DNA of 64,000 bases, from positions 1,426,001 to 1,490,000 of the forward strand of contig LSRY02000009.1 of NCBI GenBank assembly GCA_001643675.2, written 5' to 3'. Of the stretch, positions 52,680 through 63,650 are shown piece after piece. The translations under genes and the position numbers were made by a program. Position 1 is the stretch's first letter. The number at the start of each line of letters is the position of its first letter. The DNA comes from Monocercomonoides exilis PA203. Taxonomy: Eukaryota > Protista > Preaxostyla. The notes under the pieces were generated by a model. It searched no databases, had not been told where the DNA came from, and was given only the letters and a program-made list of their open reading frames with translations.

Positions 52680-54002
52680 TTGCTTTCTGAGCTTGAAGAT
52701 TGCAATGATAACGAGCAGAAGCAAAAAATCATTGAAATGAATGAACTTATGGACGAAATGGAAAGTATGAATTCAGATCAATATTAAGAATCGAGCAATT
52801 CGAAAAAATTCAGAAAATGATTGATGAAAAGAAAATGAATTTTGGAAATGTGATTCTGCTTTTGAAGCACATTGGCTATTGTGAAATGTTAAAGCGCACA
52901 TCCAACTCAAATTTTGGAAATTCTTCATTGGGAAAAAGTTTTGCCGAAATGATTATTTTTGAAAATGAGAAAAAAGAAGAAAAGAATGAAAAACTTTTGG
53001 CTGACCTTTGCAAATGCTATACAATGCTCAGTTATCATAACCTTAGAAAGGAATTGCTTTCAATTTGTCTGTCTAGCCTTTTGAAAGCAGCTTTGAACAA
53101 AGATGATAGTGAGGAGACTCGAAAAGAAGTGGAAATTGCTTTGCTAGCATTGAGCAACATTGAAGGATATCATGTGTGCTCTTTTTCTCTTTCTTTTTGT
53201 ATTTTTGTATTTTTGTATTTTTCTTTTCTTTTTTCTTTTTCTTTCTTTTTTTTTAACAGAAAATAGAAAAGAAGCCGTATTTAGAAGAAATGAAAGAAAT
53301 GATCTAATATCATCAGAATTATCGAAACCTTTCCTGCCTTTCCTATCAGTCGGCTTGGAAATTTTTAATTTTCAGATTACTCAAAAACAGACATTTGGAA
53401 GATAATATTGTGGATGCAACGCATTTTGCGAGAGAGGCAACAAAAGAATTGGAAGCGCTGAATAAATGTGTGGATTGGAAAAGAAAAGAAGAAGCGAATG
53501 AAGTGCTGGTATTCAGGAGATGGATTTAAACAATTGAGATTTATTTTCGCTATTGTCAATTGCAGACTGAAGAATATGTTTGTCTTTTCATCAGAATTGT
53601 TCAGATATATCGAGTTGCAAGAGAAAACAAAAGTGAAATAAGCGATTGGTGCATTCATTCCTTGAGAGAAGCAACTGAAAGAAGAATTGTGAAAATTTAA
53701 GCTTTTTTGAAAAGTGGTGCTATTGATGCTGTTTTTGAGGAAATTCAGCAACAGACAGTGGATGACGGAATGATATTTGATTGCTTGGAATTTTTTGAGA
53801 ACATTTCAAGTAAATTGAAAGAAAAGAAGAAAGATGACAGGGAAGAAGCGAAAAGAAAGGCTATAAAAAAAGAGTATTTGGAAAAGATGGAAGAAGAAGG
53901 ATACGAAGATATTATCACAAGCTTTCAAGAAATTATTGATTTCCTTGACTTAGGATTCCATTATTAATCGTTTGAGATTTCTGATTATTTTGTTCATTCT
54001 TG
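52680..54002 (+). pseudogene. Expanded alpha-helical protein family member, decayed
   Basis: EQKQKIIEMNE, KEVEIALLALSNI, intron ~53174-53259 and KMEEEGYEDII; several stops. Confidence 0.78.
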
Positions 54003-54564
54003 AGAAAGTGAAATGCACTTCACTTTGTAACTCAAAAAATATCTTTAATTTTTTATATTTTTCAAAACGCAATTTTGCAAGCATTTGAGTATTTTTAGTC
54101 TTTTTTCAACACACTTTGGAAAGCAGCAAAGCAAAGAAAGAAGGAAGGAAGGAATCACAAATGGTTGTTTCAAATATTTGGTATTCTTGAAGAAGAGGGA
54201 AAAAAGTTGAATTATGTTTTAAAGAAATAAAAAAATACTCTCTTTATTGGATTTGAAATGCGAAAAAAATCAAATTCAAAAGACGAAGAAAGTTGATTAA
54301 AAAAGAAAGTGGAGAATCAATTCCTTCTCTTTTTGAGAGACGCCACATTCTATGGGTCAGTCGCCCATTTGTGTGTTTTGGTGAATTGGATAAAAAACCG
54401 CTTTACGCTTATAAAACCAAAAAGCGCAAAGAGAAGGAACAACAAAAACATCAACAGTTTTGAAAACAGAACCTCAAAGGGTGGGAGTGTAAACGGTGGT
54501 GGGCAAAGGAAGGAATTGATTCTCCACTTTCTTTTTTAATTAAAGTGCATAAGCACCTTAATTA

Positions 54565-55950
54565 TCAAGAAAGTGTTTCATCAATTCCTTCTCTTTTTGA
54601 GAGAATCAATAAGTTGGATGATGAAGCCATCATTACTACCACAGTGTGCGTCTTCTTTGCGTTGTTTCTCTCTTCCTCCTTTTTTGCTTGTGATTTTGTT
54701 CGAATAATGAATTGTTCTCCAAGTGACTTCTGTTCCTCCATCTCCTCATCAGGCTCGTCTACTCTGGAAGGGAATTCAACAGAATTTTTAGCTTCTTCCT
54801 CACTCAAACCTGGCTTCATCAGGCGCTTCTTATCCCTCAGAACCATCCCAGATTCCATTTCTCGTCTCTCCTTTTTGTTCTTCTGGTCTCTGTCTGGTCT
54901 GACGCACATCTTGACACCATTTTCTGCACACGGATTGTTTGCTAACTCTTCACTGGGAACATTCATTGTTGAGGCAATCACTTTCCCCAAGGTTGAAGCT
55001 AGATTGGCCTTCACATAATGCTTCACCAAAGTGTCTGTTCTAGGGGAAAGACGGGCAAACTTCGCAATCTGAGTTGGTGGAATTCCAGACATCGTTAGCG
55101 TTGAAAGCGTTGCAGCATTTATTGAATAAGGAGTGAAATGGCCTGGAATTCCTGCTTCTTTCAACGTCTCCTTTGCCAATCGTCTAATACCTTTCACTGT
55201 AAGAGGATGAAAAGTTTCGGTATTTAAAAACAATTTATTTCCATCTGGTTTTCTTTTCTTTATCTCTTCCCACAAAACTTGAATGGCCGAAGCTGGGCAA
55301 ATTGAAGGGTTTTCATTTAAAAAAGGAACTGCAATCTCTGTTCGATTAAGCGATGTTTTTAGCCTTGTGTCTAGATATATTCCTTCCTGCTCGAATCTGG
55401 ATCGTTCCATATTTACTCTTTCCAATTCTGTAAACCTGCACGCAGTGAATAACATGGTGAGCACAATGGCTTTCATTGTCAGATGTTAGAAACTCAAGCT
55501 TTGATTTTCTCCAAGATTAGAAAAGAATGTCAGAATGGTCTTCGGATTCCAAATTTCTTGAATCTTCTTCTTTCTTGTCATCTCCGTTCTTCTAAACCCT
55601 CTGATCAATATTTTTATTATCGGAATATCCCCAAAATTTGTGTTGTAAACCAAGCTTGTGAAGAATGAGACCGCTGAGCGGATAAGTTGCAAACATGACA
55701 GTTTCATTCCATTGTCTTTGAGTGTAATGAAAATACTCGAACATCGAGCGGCCAACTCGTGAATATCCTCTGGAATTATGCCCATATCACTCTTTTCCCA
55801 CTGTTCTCCAAAATGCGCGAAGCCGAATAAATATCCATCCTACGTCGACTGAGCAATTCTCGATTTTCACTCCTCTTCCAATGAAACTGGGAAAGATCTC
55901 TCTTCCAACACCCTTTTCCACCAGCTCTCGCCTTTCTCTCTGGTGGATTG
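54565..55950 (-). pseudogene. DIRS tyrosine recombinase with in-frame stops
   Basis: FTACRFTEL, CPASAI, PYSINAAT and LVKHY motifs. ORFs 54565-55476, 55486-55785 and 55867-57258 share one frame. Confidence 0.85.
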
Positions 55951-57850
55951 ATCAATATGACTCTCAATCTGCCTGGAGGGAGACATGCACCTGTGTTTGT
56001 CATTGATGGCCCCTTTCTCAACACTGTTCTCAGACTCCTCCATTCGAATGTCCGATGATGTGTCTTCTCCAATAATACATCCCAGTTCTGCCCCTTCCAG
56101 TTCGGCAGGAGTAATACTACTGGTGCTCTCTCCTTCTGGGCCTTCCGAATCGTCATCGGAATCAGTGGAATTGGGGGGTGTGCCAGAACGCACTCGTTCT
56201 TCCATGGATAGGCCAGACCGTCTTCTCCCAATGGGCTTCCTATTCCGCACCAACGCTCGACCTTGTGGTTGTGTTGAGCTGCAAAGGCGTCCAGTGTCGG
56301 AGTAACTTGAAGCACCTCCAGAATCTGAGAGAGATCTTCGTCCGTAATGCTGTAGTCTCCTGCTCTTTCCAGGTGGGACAAAGCATCGGCTCTTGTGTTC
56401 TGCAATCCGGGGAGATGAACTGCTTTCAGGACTATTTTCAATTTCTCCTTCAATGTTTATATCCTTTTGAGTGTCGGGCGAAGATTCCTTCCTGCATTCC
56501 ATCTGTTCACGTTGAAAACAACTGCTGAGTTGTCTGAACGAAGTTGCAACTGTGAAATCCGATTCTCTGCTAGGATTGGTGCAAAATGTGTTAGGGCAAG
56601 TTCCACAGCTTTTAGTTCTCTGAAGTTGGATGATTGGTTTTTCACCGCGAATGGAAAACGACTGTGACAATCTAGTGACATTCTGTTTAGTCTGAGGGTT
56701 GCTCCCCAGGAGCTTTCTGATGCATCTGTGGTTAGAACTGCTTCTGGAATAAACACTGGAGTTAGTCTGCGTCTGGGGTTCTTCATCAACATCCATCTCC
56801 ATTTTCTTATCTGCAGGAGGATTGACGCATTCAGCTTCATCATTCCATCCCATCCGCCTGTCGTAACTCCTTTCTGCAACAATTTGTAGATGGATTGGAG
56901 GTGTAAAGATGCGTCTGAAAGAACGAAGCGCGTTGCACTGAGCTTTCCCACGAATGATGCGAAATCCTTCACTCTGACGGTCTTGGCTCTTAAACACCTT
57001 CTCTCCCACGAGCGACACAGTTCTCTCAGTGCCTTTTTTCTTTCCTCCGTAAGGCAAACATCGAAGCTGGTTGTGTTCCATTCGAATCCCAGGAAACTGA
57101 ACTGCGAACTCGGTATGAGGTTGCACTTCTTCTTGTTTATCAGCAGACCGAGACTTTCCAAAAATACGATTATCTCCTGTATTATGTTCTTCAAGATTTG
57201 CTGAATTTGATGCAGCAAAAGAAGGTCGTCCAAATAGGCAATGACTCTGACATCCCATCTTCTTCTTATCTCCGCTGTCACCTCCTCATTATATGTGTGA
57301 ACAGGCGCGGTGCATCTACAAAGCCGAAAGGCATGCCTTTGAAGGAGTTGTCTTTTCCCATGAATCTGAAAGCAAGATAGGGAATTAGTTCTCTTGAAAC
57401 TGGAATTATATAATAAGCTTGTTCCAAGTCTAGGGATACTGCGTAATCTTTCCGACTTATTAGTCGTTCAACTGTTTTTTCTCCGTCGCACTTGAAATGT
57501 GTTTTTTTCACCACTGCATTTTGTCTCCAACAATCGAGAATTTGTCTCCAGTTGCCTGACTTCTTTTGAATGAGAAATACATTGTTTCTGTGTTTGACCT
57601 CCCTCTGCTCCATTGGAATAACAACTCCTGTTCTTTACTGTTCTTCTAATATTTTCTTGAATTCCTGGACATTTTGTTGGTTGAGAAGACACGCTCCATC
57701 TTTGAACTGGGCTCTGCTGAGAGCTTTCCTGGACTGCTTGCTTTTCCACATGGCCTGCACTCCATTGCTTATCAATTTCTCTCCTCCGATTCGCTTCCAT
57801 GCTGAGAGAAACAAAGCGGTTCTCCCTCCAATGTGCCTCCTCTGCTCTGT
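55930..57850 (-). pseudogene. DIRS RT / RNase H / methyltransferase-like polyprotein (interrupted)
   Basis: IGGR, DLEQAYY, MPFG, YLDD, TTDASESSWG, RSDN, NTRADAL, TLDAFA and LAHPP motifs; stops at 57635 and 56457; frameshift at ~57280. Confidence 0.9.
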
Positions 57851-57867
57851 TTCCTTGTGAACTGGAC

Positions 57868-58782
57868 CTAAAATTGTTGACGCACCCCTGGTCTCCTGCT
57901 CCAACTGCTCTGGTTCCTCCTTCTTCCGAATTGATGTCTTCTTGTGGGGGCTGAGGACCGGGGGTATCTCCGAAAAAACCGTGTATTTGTGTGAGAAATG
58001 GGATAACTAAATCTTCTTTGAAGTGTTCCTGGTTGTTCTCTAACAGGAGCCTGAACACGTGTAATAGGAAGTGCCGGTCTCTGGAAGCCTCTCTCTCGCT
58101 TGGCTTCCTGCCTTGTTTCTTTGAGAATCAGTTCCTGTCTCTCTGTGAGAATTCCCGTTGAAGCGTCTGTGCTCATCGCTGTGGCAGCCCTGAAACCAAA
58201 CCTGACTTGAATTCGAACCGTTCGTGCCTCTTGAAGAGCCCTGGTAATCATTATCAAGATGTCAGCTAGCCTTTCTTTTGCACCTTCACTTGAAGTCGGT
58301 ATCTCGGCTAAACCTATGAGCGCAGCTTTTATCGCCTGGAAAAGAAAAATCTCCACCTTGAAACCCGCCTGATCTAATGCGTCGTTAATCCAGTTTTCTG
58401 TTCTCTTGGCAGTGGGCGGTTCAAGCGATAACAACGGGCTAAAATCCTGTGTCTTGTACTCCTCAACAACATCTTGAACGGATCTAGGGGAAATCCTTAG
58501 ATCAAAAATTGAAATATTCGGCGTTTGTCCGAAAATGTCCTCAAACTCCTGACAAATAAGTTGGGATATGTCTAACACATCATCATTCTCCTTTCTGTCA
58601 GCTGAAGGGGTCAACTCCTGTGCTAAACCTTCCGATGAAGAAGGTGAAAAAATTGAAGAGGAAGAAAAGATGTTAGGTTGTGACAAGGTCCCTGGTTGGC
58701 TTTGCGCCCCACTGTGCTGCATTGCAGAATCAGCCGACGGAGTAAGTCCAACAATCGGAGGGAATTGCGAAGCAGACATCAT
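57868..58782 (-). CDS. DIRS ORF1 (gag-like)
   Basis: Open 304-aa ORF starting just inside the 5' ITR; Arg-rich C-terminus; homologous to 48905-49636. Confidence 0.75.
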   Translation of the reverse strand: MMSASQFPPIVGLTPSADSAMQHSGAQSQPGTLSQPNIFSSSSIFSPSSSEGLAQELTPSADRKENDDVLDISQLICQEFEDIFGQTPNISIFDLRISPRSVQDVVEEYKTQDFSPLLSLEPPTAKRTENWINDALDQAGFKVEIFLFQAIKAALIGLAEIPTSSEGAKERLADILIMITRALQEARTVRIQVRFGFRAATAMSTDASTGILTERQELILKETRQEAKRERGFQRPALPITRVQAPVREQPGTLQRRFSYPISHTNTRFFRRYPRSSAPTRRHQFGRRRNQSSWSRRPGVRQQF

Positions 58783-58981
58783 TGATCAAATGTGGCGACT
58801 GACCCATAGATTGTGGCGTCTCTCAAAAAGAGAAGGAATTGATGAAACACTTTCTTGATTATTAAGGTGCTTATGCACTTTAATTATCGAAAAAACAACA
58901 TCAACTTTTCTTGAAAACAGAAAAAAGAACAGGTATTTTGTTCAAATCAAATGAAGTGGAAAGATGGAAGCACAAAATGAA

Positions 58982-59392
58982 TCAAAAAGCCAACGGATCA
59001 GCAACAAACAAAATAATCACCAATGAATGGAACCAACTTACAGGCAAAGCTTTGTTTTGTAATCTTGCGACAACTGAACTGATGATACAATCTTCGTATA
59101 CTTCTTCTTCCATCTTTTCAAGCACTTTCCTTTTCAACTCTTTTCTTTTCGCTTCATCACTTTCTATTTCTCTTTTGCTTCTCAATCTTTCGCAAAGGAT
59201 TCTGAAAAAATTCAAGCAATCCGGAGTTTGTTTATCGAACACATGTGATTGTGTAATCTCTTCTAAAGCAATATCAACAGCTTGCTTTCCAACAAGTCTT
59301 CAATCTTCACAGCTCTATTTTTTGCTGCTTTGCTCAATGGATAAATGCATTGATCACAAATTCCTCGATAATTCTCCTTTGCTGCTCGAAAT
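58982..59392 (-). pseudogene. 3' part of an alpha-helical family gene interrupted by the TIR element
   Basis: EAKRKELKRKVLEKMEEEVYEDCI motif; continues from the 5' part at 63651-64000 across the TSD. Confidence 0.75.
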
Positions 59393-62300
59393 GGCATAGG
59401 TTCAAACGCGTTCCTTTTGCAATTTGCGTTTTTATACGCTCAATTTATAACCAATTAATAGATAATAATTATTTAAAAACTTTTTATGGACCGATTTTTC
59501 GAAAAAAATATTTCTTGTTGAAAAAAATGATTTTTGAAAAATGACCCATAAAAACATGAATTTCATAAAAAATTATTCAAATTTAAAAGAAAATGTAATT
59601 TTTACACATCAAAAGTGTTTGCATTGTTTAATAGACTTATTTTATTAATTAATTTTCATCATTAACAATATAAATCATAAATAAAAAATTTAATTAAATA
59701 TCTTTGATCTAACCCACAATAAAAATTTTTATATCTTGAAAAATTGATTATTCCGTTTTTGTTAAAATAGAACCAAAAAGTTTGGGATACGTTCACTTTT
59801 ATATGTTAATATAAGTATGTTATTATATGCGCACTTGTTTAATATTGAAAACAGCTTTTATTATCAGTGACACAAACGCATGCATTTTCACTTCCATGTT
59901 GTTAAGCTGAAAGATTAAAATTTCAAAATTGGTAGCAATGGAACGCAAAAGGTTTTGTATGGTTCTTTTCATCAAATAAATATTTATTTTGCTATTTTCC
60001 TGCAAATATTTATTTGTTCTTTTGTATATAAATATTTTTTTGTATTAGGCTCGATCATGGCGTGCTTAAATAAATCAATGTTGCAAAATTAAACATTTCT
60101 TACACAAAATAGCTCAATGTTGAGAAATAAAAACATGTACTAAATAAAAGTTTGGTTTTTTTTACCATTAAAAAAAGAATTGTTTGAATTTGATTTATTT
60201 AACTCTAACAGTGAATTTGATGTTGCGCAATGTGGACGCGAGGAAGAACCATGCTAAATGATGTGGAAATGGATGGAAAACATGGAAAGGGGGAATGGAA
60301 ATAAAACAATTCAGATATCTGAATCCATAATAATTCGAGATCCATTCAACATATCCAATTATAAGATTAAAAAGAATGTGAAGATGGGAGAAGAGAATGT
60401 GAAATCAATATTGAATTTTGAAAAGGCAATTGGAAGTCAACTGGAATATTTCATGGAAAATGATAATCATCTTGAATTGACAAATATCCAACTTCAACTT
60501 GCGTCTGGATTTGACAACTTGGACAGAACAATTATTTCAAACAGAGATGGAGAATTGGTGATAACTGGATGTTCATTCCATTCAGAAGCAGGAATCAACA
60601 ATGGATTTGATTGTGTATTTGTGGATGCGATTGGAGGCAACATGGAAGTGAATGATGAAGGATCGTTCACATAAGAATGGCTTTTTGGATGTTCGAGTTT
60701 GCAGACTATGAGGAGACTTTCATTTGTTGTGAAAGGACAGATGAATCTGAGAAGAAGTGCATTCATTCATTCAACATCAACACTCAAAACCACAAACTGT
60801 TCAGTGTCATTTGAGAGCGGGGCATTGTCCAATGGAAAGATCCTATACAATGTGATAATCATTGAGGGGTGAGAACTGATTGTTGATGGATTTGTGATGG
60901 AAGGATGCATAACAGCGAAGAAATGAGTGAGAGGAGTGTGGAAAGAGAAGGGATGAAGATGCTGATGAAGAGAGGAGATTCGGAGGTGAAAGTGAGTGGG
61001 TGTACGTTTGGGATGTGTGTGTGCTCGACAGGGAATGGAAGGGGAAGAGGGATGATGATTAACACACTTGATCCGAAAGTGAAGAATACCAACACGGAAA
61101 TGCCACCACTTGGGTTGAGGTTGGAGAACATCCGATTTGTGATGAATGATGCATTCATTGGGAATGATGTGTTCATTCGGTGTAACTCAATTGAGTAACA
61201 GTTGAATGAAAGACTGTTTGGACTGGACTTCAGCCAGGAGGCACTGAAGGAGGAGAACTCGATATGTGGGTCAGACAAGGAAAGGGATGATGTTGATCTG
61301 ATGCCGCTGATCACATTCTATTGTTCTTCTCAGGTGTTTGTGTGTGTGAACGGGAGTGACAGCAGGCAGTGTGGTGCACAGGAGAAGCCATGCCAATGCA
61401 TTTGGTGTGGAGTTCGGCACATTGAAAAGAGTGTTGCGAATATGATTGTTATTGATGGGGAAGGGATGATGGGAGAGGGATGTGTGATTGGAGATTTGAG
61501 TGTGAAGTCAATGAAGAAGATGAAGGCGATAGTCCATTTTAATGAAACAATTCAAGAGATGGGAAATGAAGGGGCTGTGATTGTGTTTGTGAATGAGAGT
61601 GTGATGGAGAGATGTTTGGGTAGAATGGGGAAAGCATTGTGAAAGAGAAGGATGGGAGATTGGAGATTTCAGGTTGCTTTTTCAGCTCGTCAGCAATGGA
61701 TCTTGTGATGATGAGCATGATTCTTCATGTCGAGAGTGGGGAGCTGAAGATGAGTGAAACATCATTCAGTGGAATTCATTCAGCTGTACCACTTAGTCAT
61801 TCTGTGGAGAATCTTGTGTGTCAATTGCTGAAACCAGAACGTTGAATATCGAGTGTGAGGGGGAAATTGTGAGAGTTGGGGAGAATGCGAAGGCAGAGAT
61901 GAAGGAAATGATGTTTGAGAATATTTCAGTGGCTATTGAAGGAAGCGTGATAAAGATGGATGGAGCTGAAAGAGGATTGAGTGTGCTGAACTGTTCCTTT
62001 GTGAAATGTCAATGCACAAAAGAGAATGGAAGAATGATGGAGATTTGTGAATGCTTGGATGTGAAAATAGACAATTGCCTTTTTAATGGGAGTTCAAAGG
62101 AAAGAAATGAATATCATTTGAATGAAGAAGAGGAGATGTGCAAATGGGATGGATCTCTTGTGGATGTTGTGAAGAGTTCTGTTTTGATGAAAGACGCAAC
62201 AATAACCAATTCACCAGAACGTGGAATAACAATGAGTGGAGAAAGAATTAGAATAGCATCAGAAAACATTTAACATTATTTATTGAGACTTCTTCACTTT

Positions 62301-63650
62301 GCTGAAACTGCAATTAACAAATTGTTTTGTTTCAAAACACTATGTTGTTAATGTTTTTAATCGTTTTGAAAGAGCTGCATGTTTTTAAATATCTCATTCA
62401 TTTTCGATTTATGTTTTATTTTCAATTTTGAGAAAGTGATGATTTTAATATATTTGAAAAAGACATTTGGGGGAAAATACGGACTTTCAAGCTTTTTATG
62501 CACAAAGCAAGAAAAAATTGTTTCACTTATCACTTTGTTTCGTTTTCTCGGATTTCAAAATAAATTAGATTCTCACATCTGCAAACAGGCATCGTTGAAA
62601 TCAAAACATAAAGTTTTCCAACATTTCACGAATGTCAAAAAATGGACCAATTTTTATTGTTTTTTTTTGTTCTCAAAAAGTCCATGAAAAGTGCATATTT
62701 TTTCAATGAATATACCTGAAGTCAAATATTTCGTCCCATTTTAGAATTATTTCAAAAACAATATCAAAATTACAAAGAAAAAATACCTAAACTCGCTTTT
62801 CAATGTTTTAATAAAAAACATTTCTATTTAAGTCTATAACATGTAATTATCAACGAAAATGTGAAAAGAATAAAAAAATAAACTTATCAAAAACAAATTC
62901 TCAATTATTCTCAACTCCAAATGATTTTAGAGACATTTAAAGATTAATAAAACCAAATAATTTCCGGTTTCAATGCATTTAAAAAGAGAAATTCTGAATT
63001 TAAAGTTAAAAAAAAAATGAAAGTATATGTCAGTTTTTCAAAGATTCAAATAAATTTATCATTTTTTATTCGTAAGGAGGTTTTGCTAATATTTATCGAA
63101 CCATTGCAACCTTTTTTGAAATTTGAATTTTGCAGCTTTTAAACATTCAAACGAAAAAAAATATGATTTTCTGTTTGTTAAAAGGAGCTGTTTTCAATAT
63201 TAAACAAGTGCGCATATAATAACATACTTATATTAACATATAAAAGTGAACGTATCCCAAACTTTTTGGTTCTATTTTAACAAAAACGGAATAATCAATT
63301 TTTCAAGATATAAAAATTTTTATTGTGGGTTAGATCAAAGATATAAAATTAATTTTTTCATTTATGATTTATATTTTTTCATGATGAAAATTAATTAATA
63401 AAATAAGTCTATTAAACAATGCAAACACTTTTGATGTGTAAAAATTACATTTTCTTTTAAATTTGAATAATTTTTTATGAAATTCATGTTTTTATGGGTC
63501 ATTTTTCAAAAATCATTTTTTTCAACAAGAAATATTTTTTTCGAAAAATCGGTCCATAAAAAGTTTTTAAATAATTATTATCTATTAATTGGTTATAAAT
63601 TGAGCGTATAAAAACGCAAATTGCAAAAGGAACGAGTTTGAACCTATGCC
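59393..63650. mobile_element. Non-autonomous Pack-type TIR element, copy 2 (4258 bp), 8-bp TSD CTCGAAAT
   Basis: TIRs 59393-59856 / 63186-63650; TSD at 59385-59392 and 63651-63658; inverted near-identical copy of 8072-12329. Confidence 0.95.
60200..62273 (+). pseudogene. Cargo: fragment of a large Cys-rich surface/receptor-like protein gene
   Basis: Same ORF chain as 9448-11520, differing at only a few codons (V/I, K/M, K/N). Confidence 0.75.

Larger units (their letters stand above)
54296..58886 (-). mobile_element. DIRS-type retrotransposon, copy 2, full length with ITRs and ICR
   Basis: 5' ITR ~58787-58886, 3' ITR 54296-~54370, ICR ~54510-54604; ATTA at both ends; gag/RT/RH/MT/YR coding regions with nonsense lesions. 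Confidence 0.93.

Noticed and set aside
36813-57637. Reassigned stop codons (alternative genetic code) explaining the in-frame TAA/TAG
   Set aside because: The stops fall at positions expected to be E, L or W rather than one amino acid, frameshifts co-occur, and the intact GT genes end normally in TAA/TAG.
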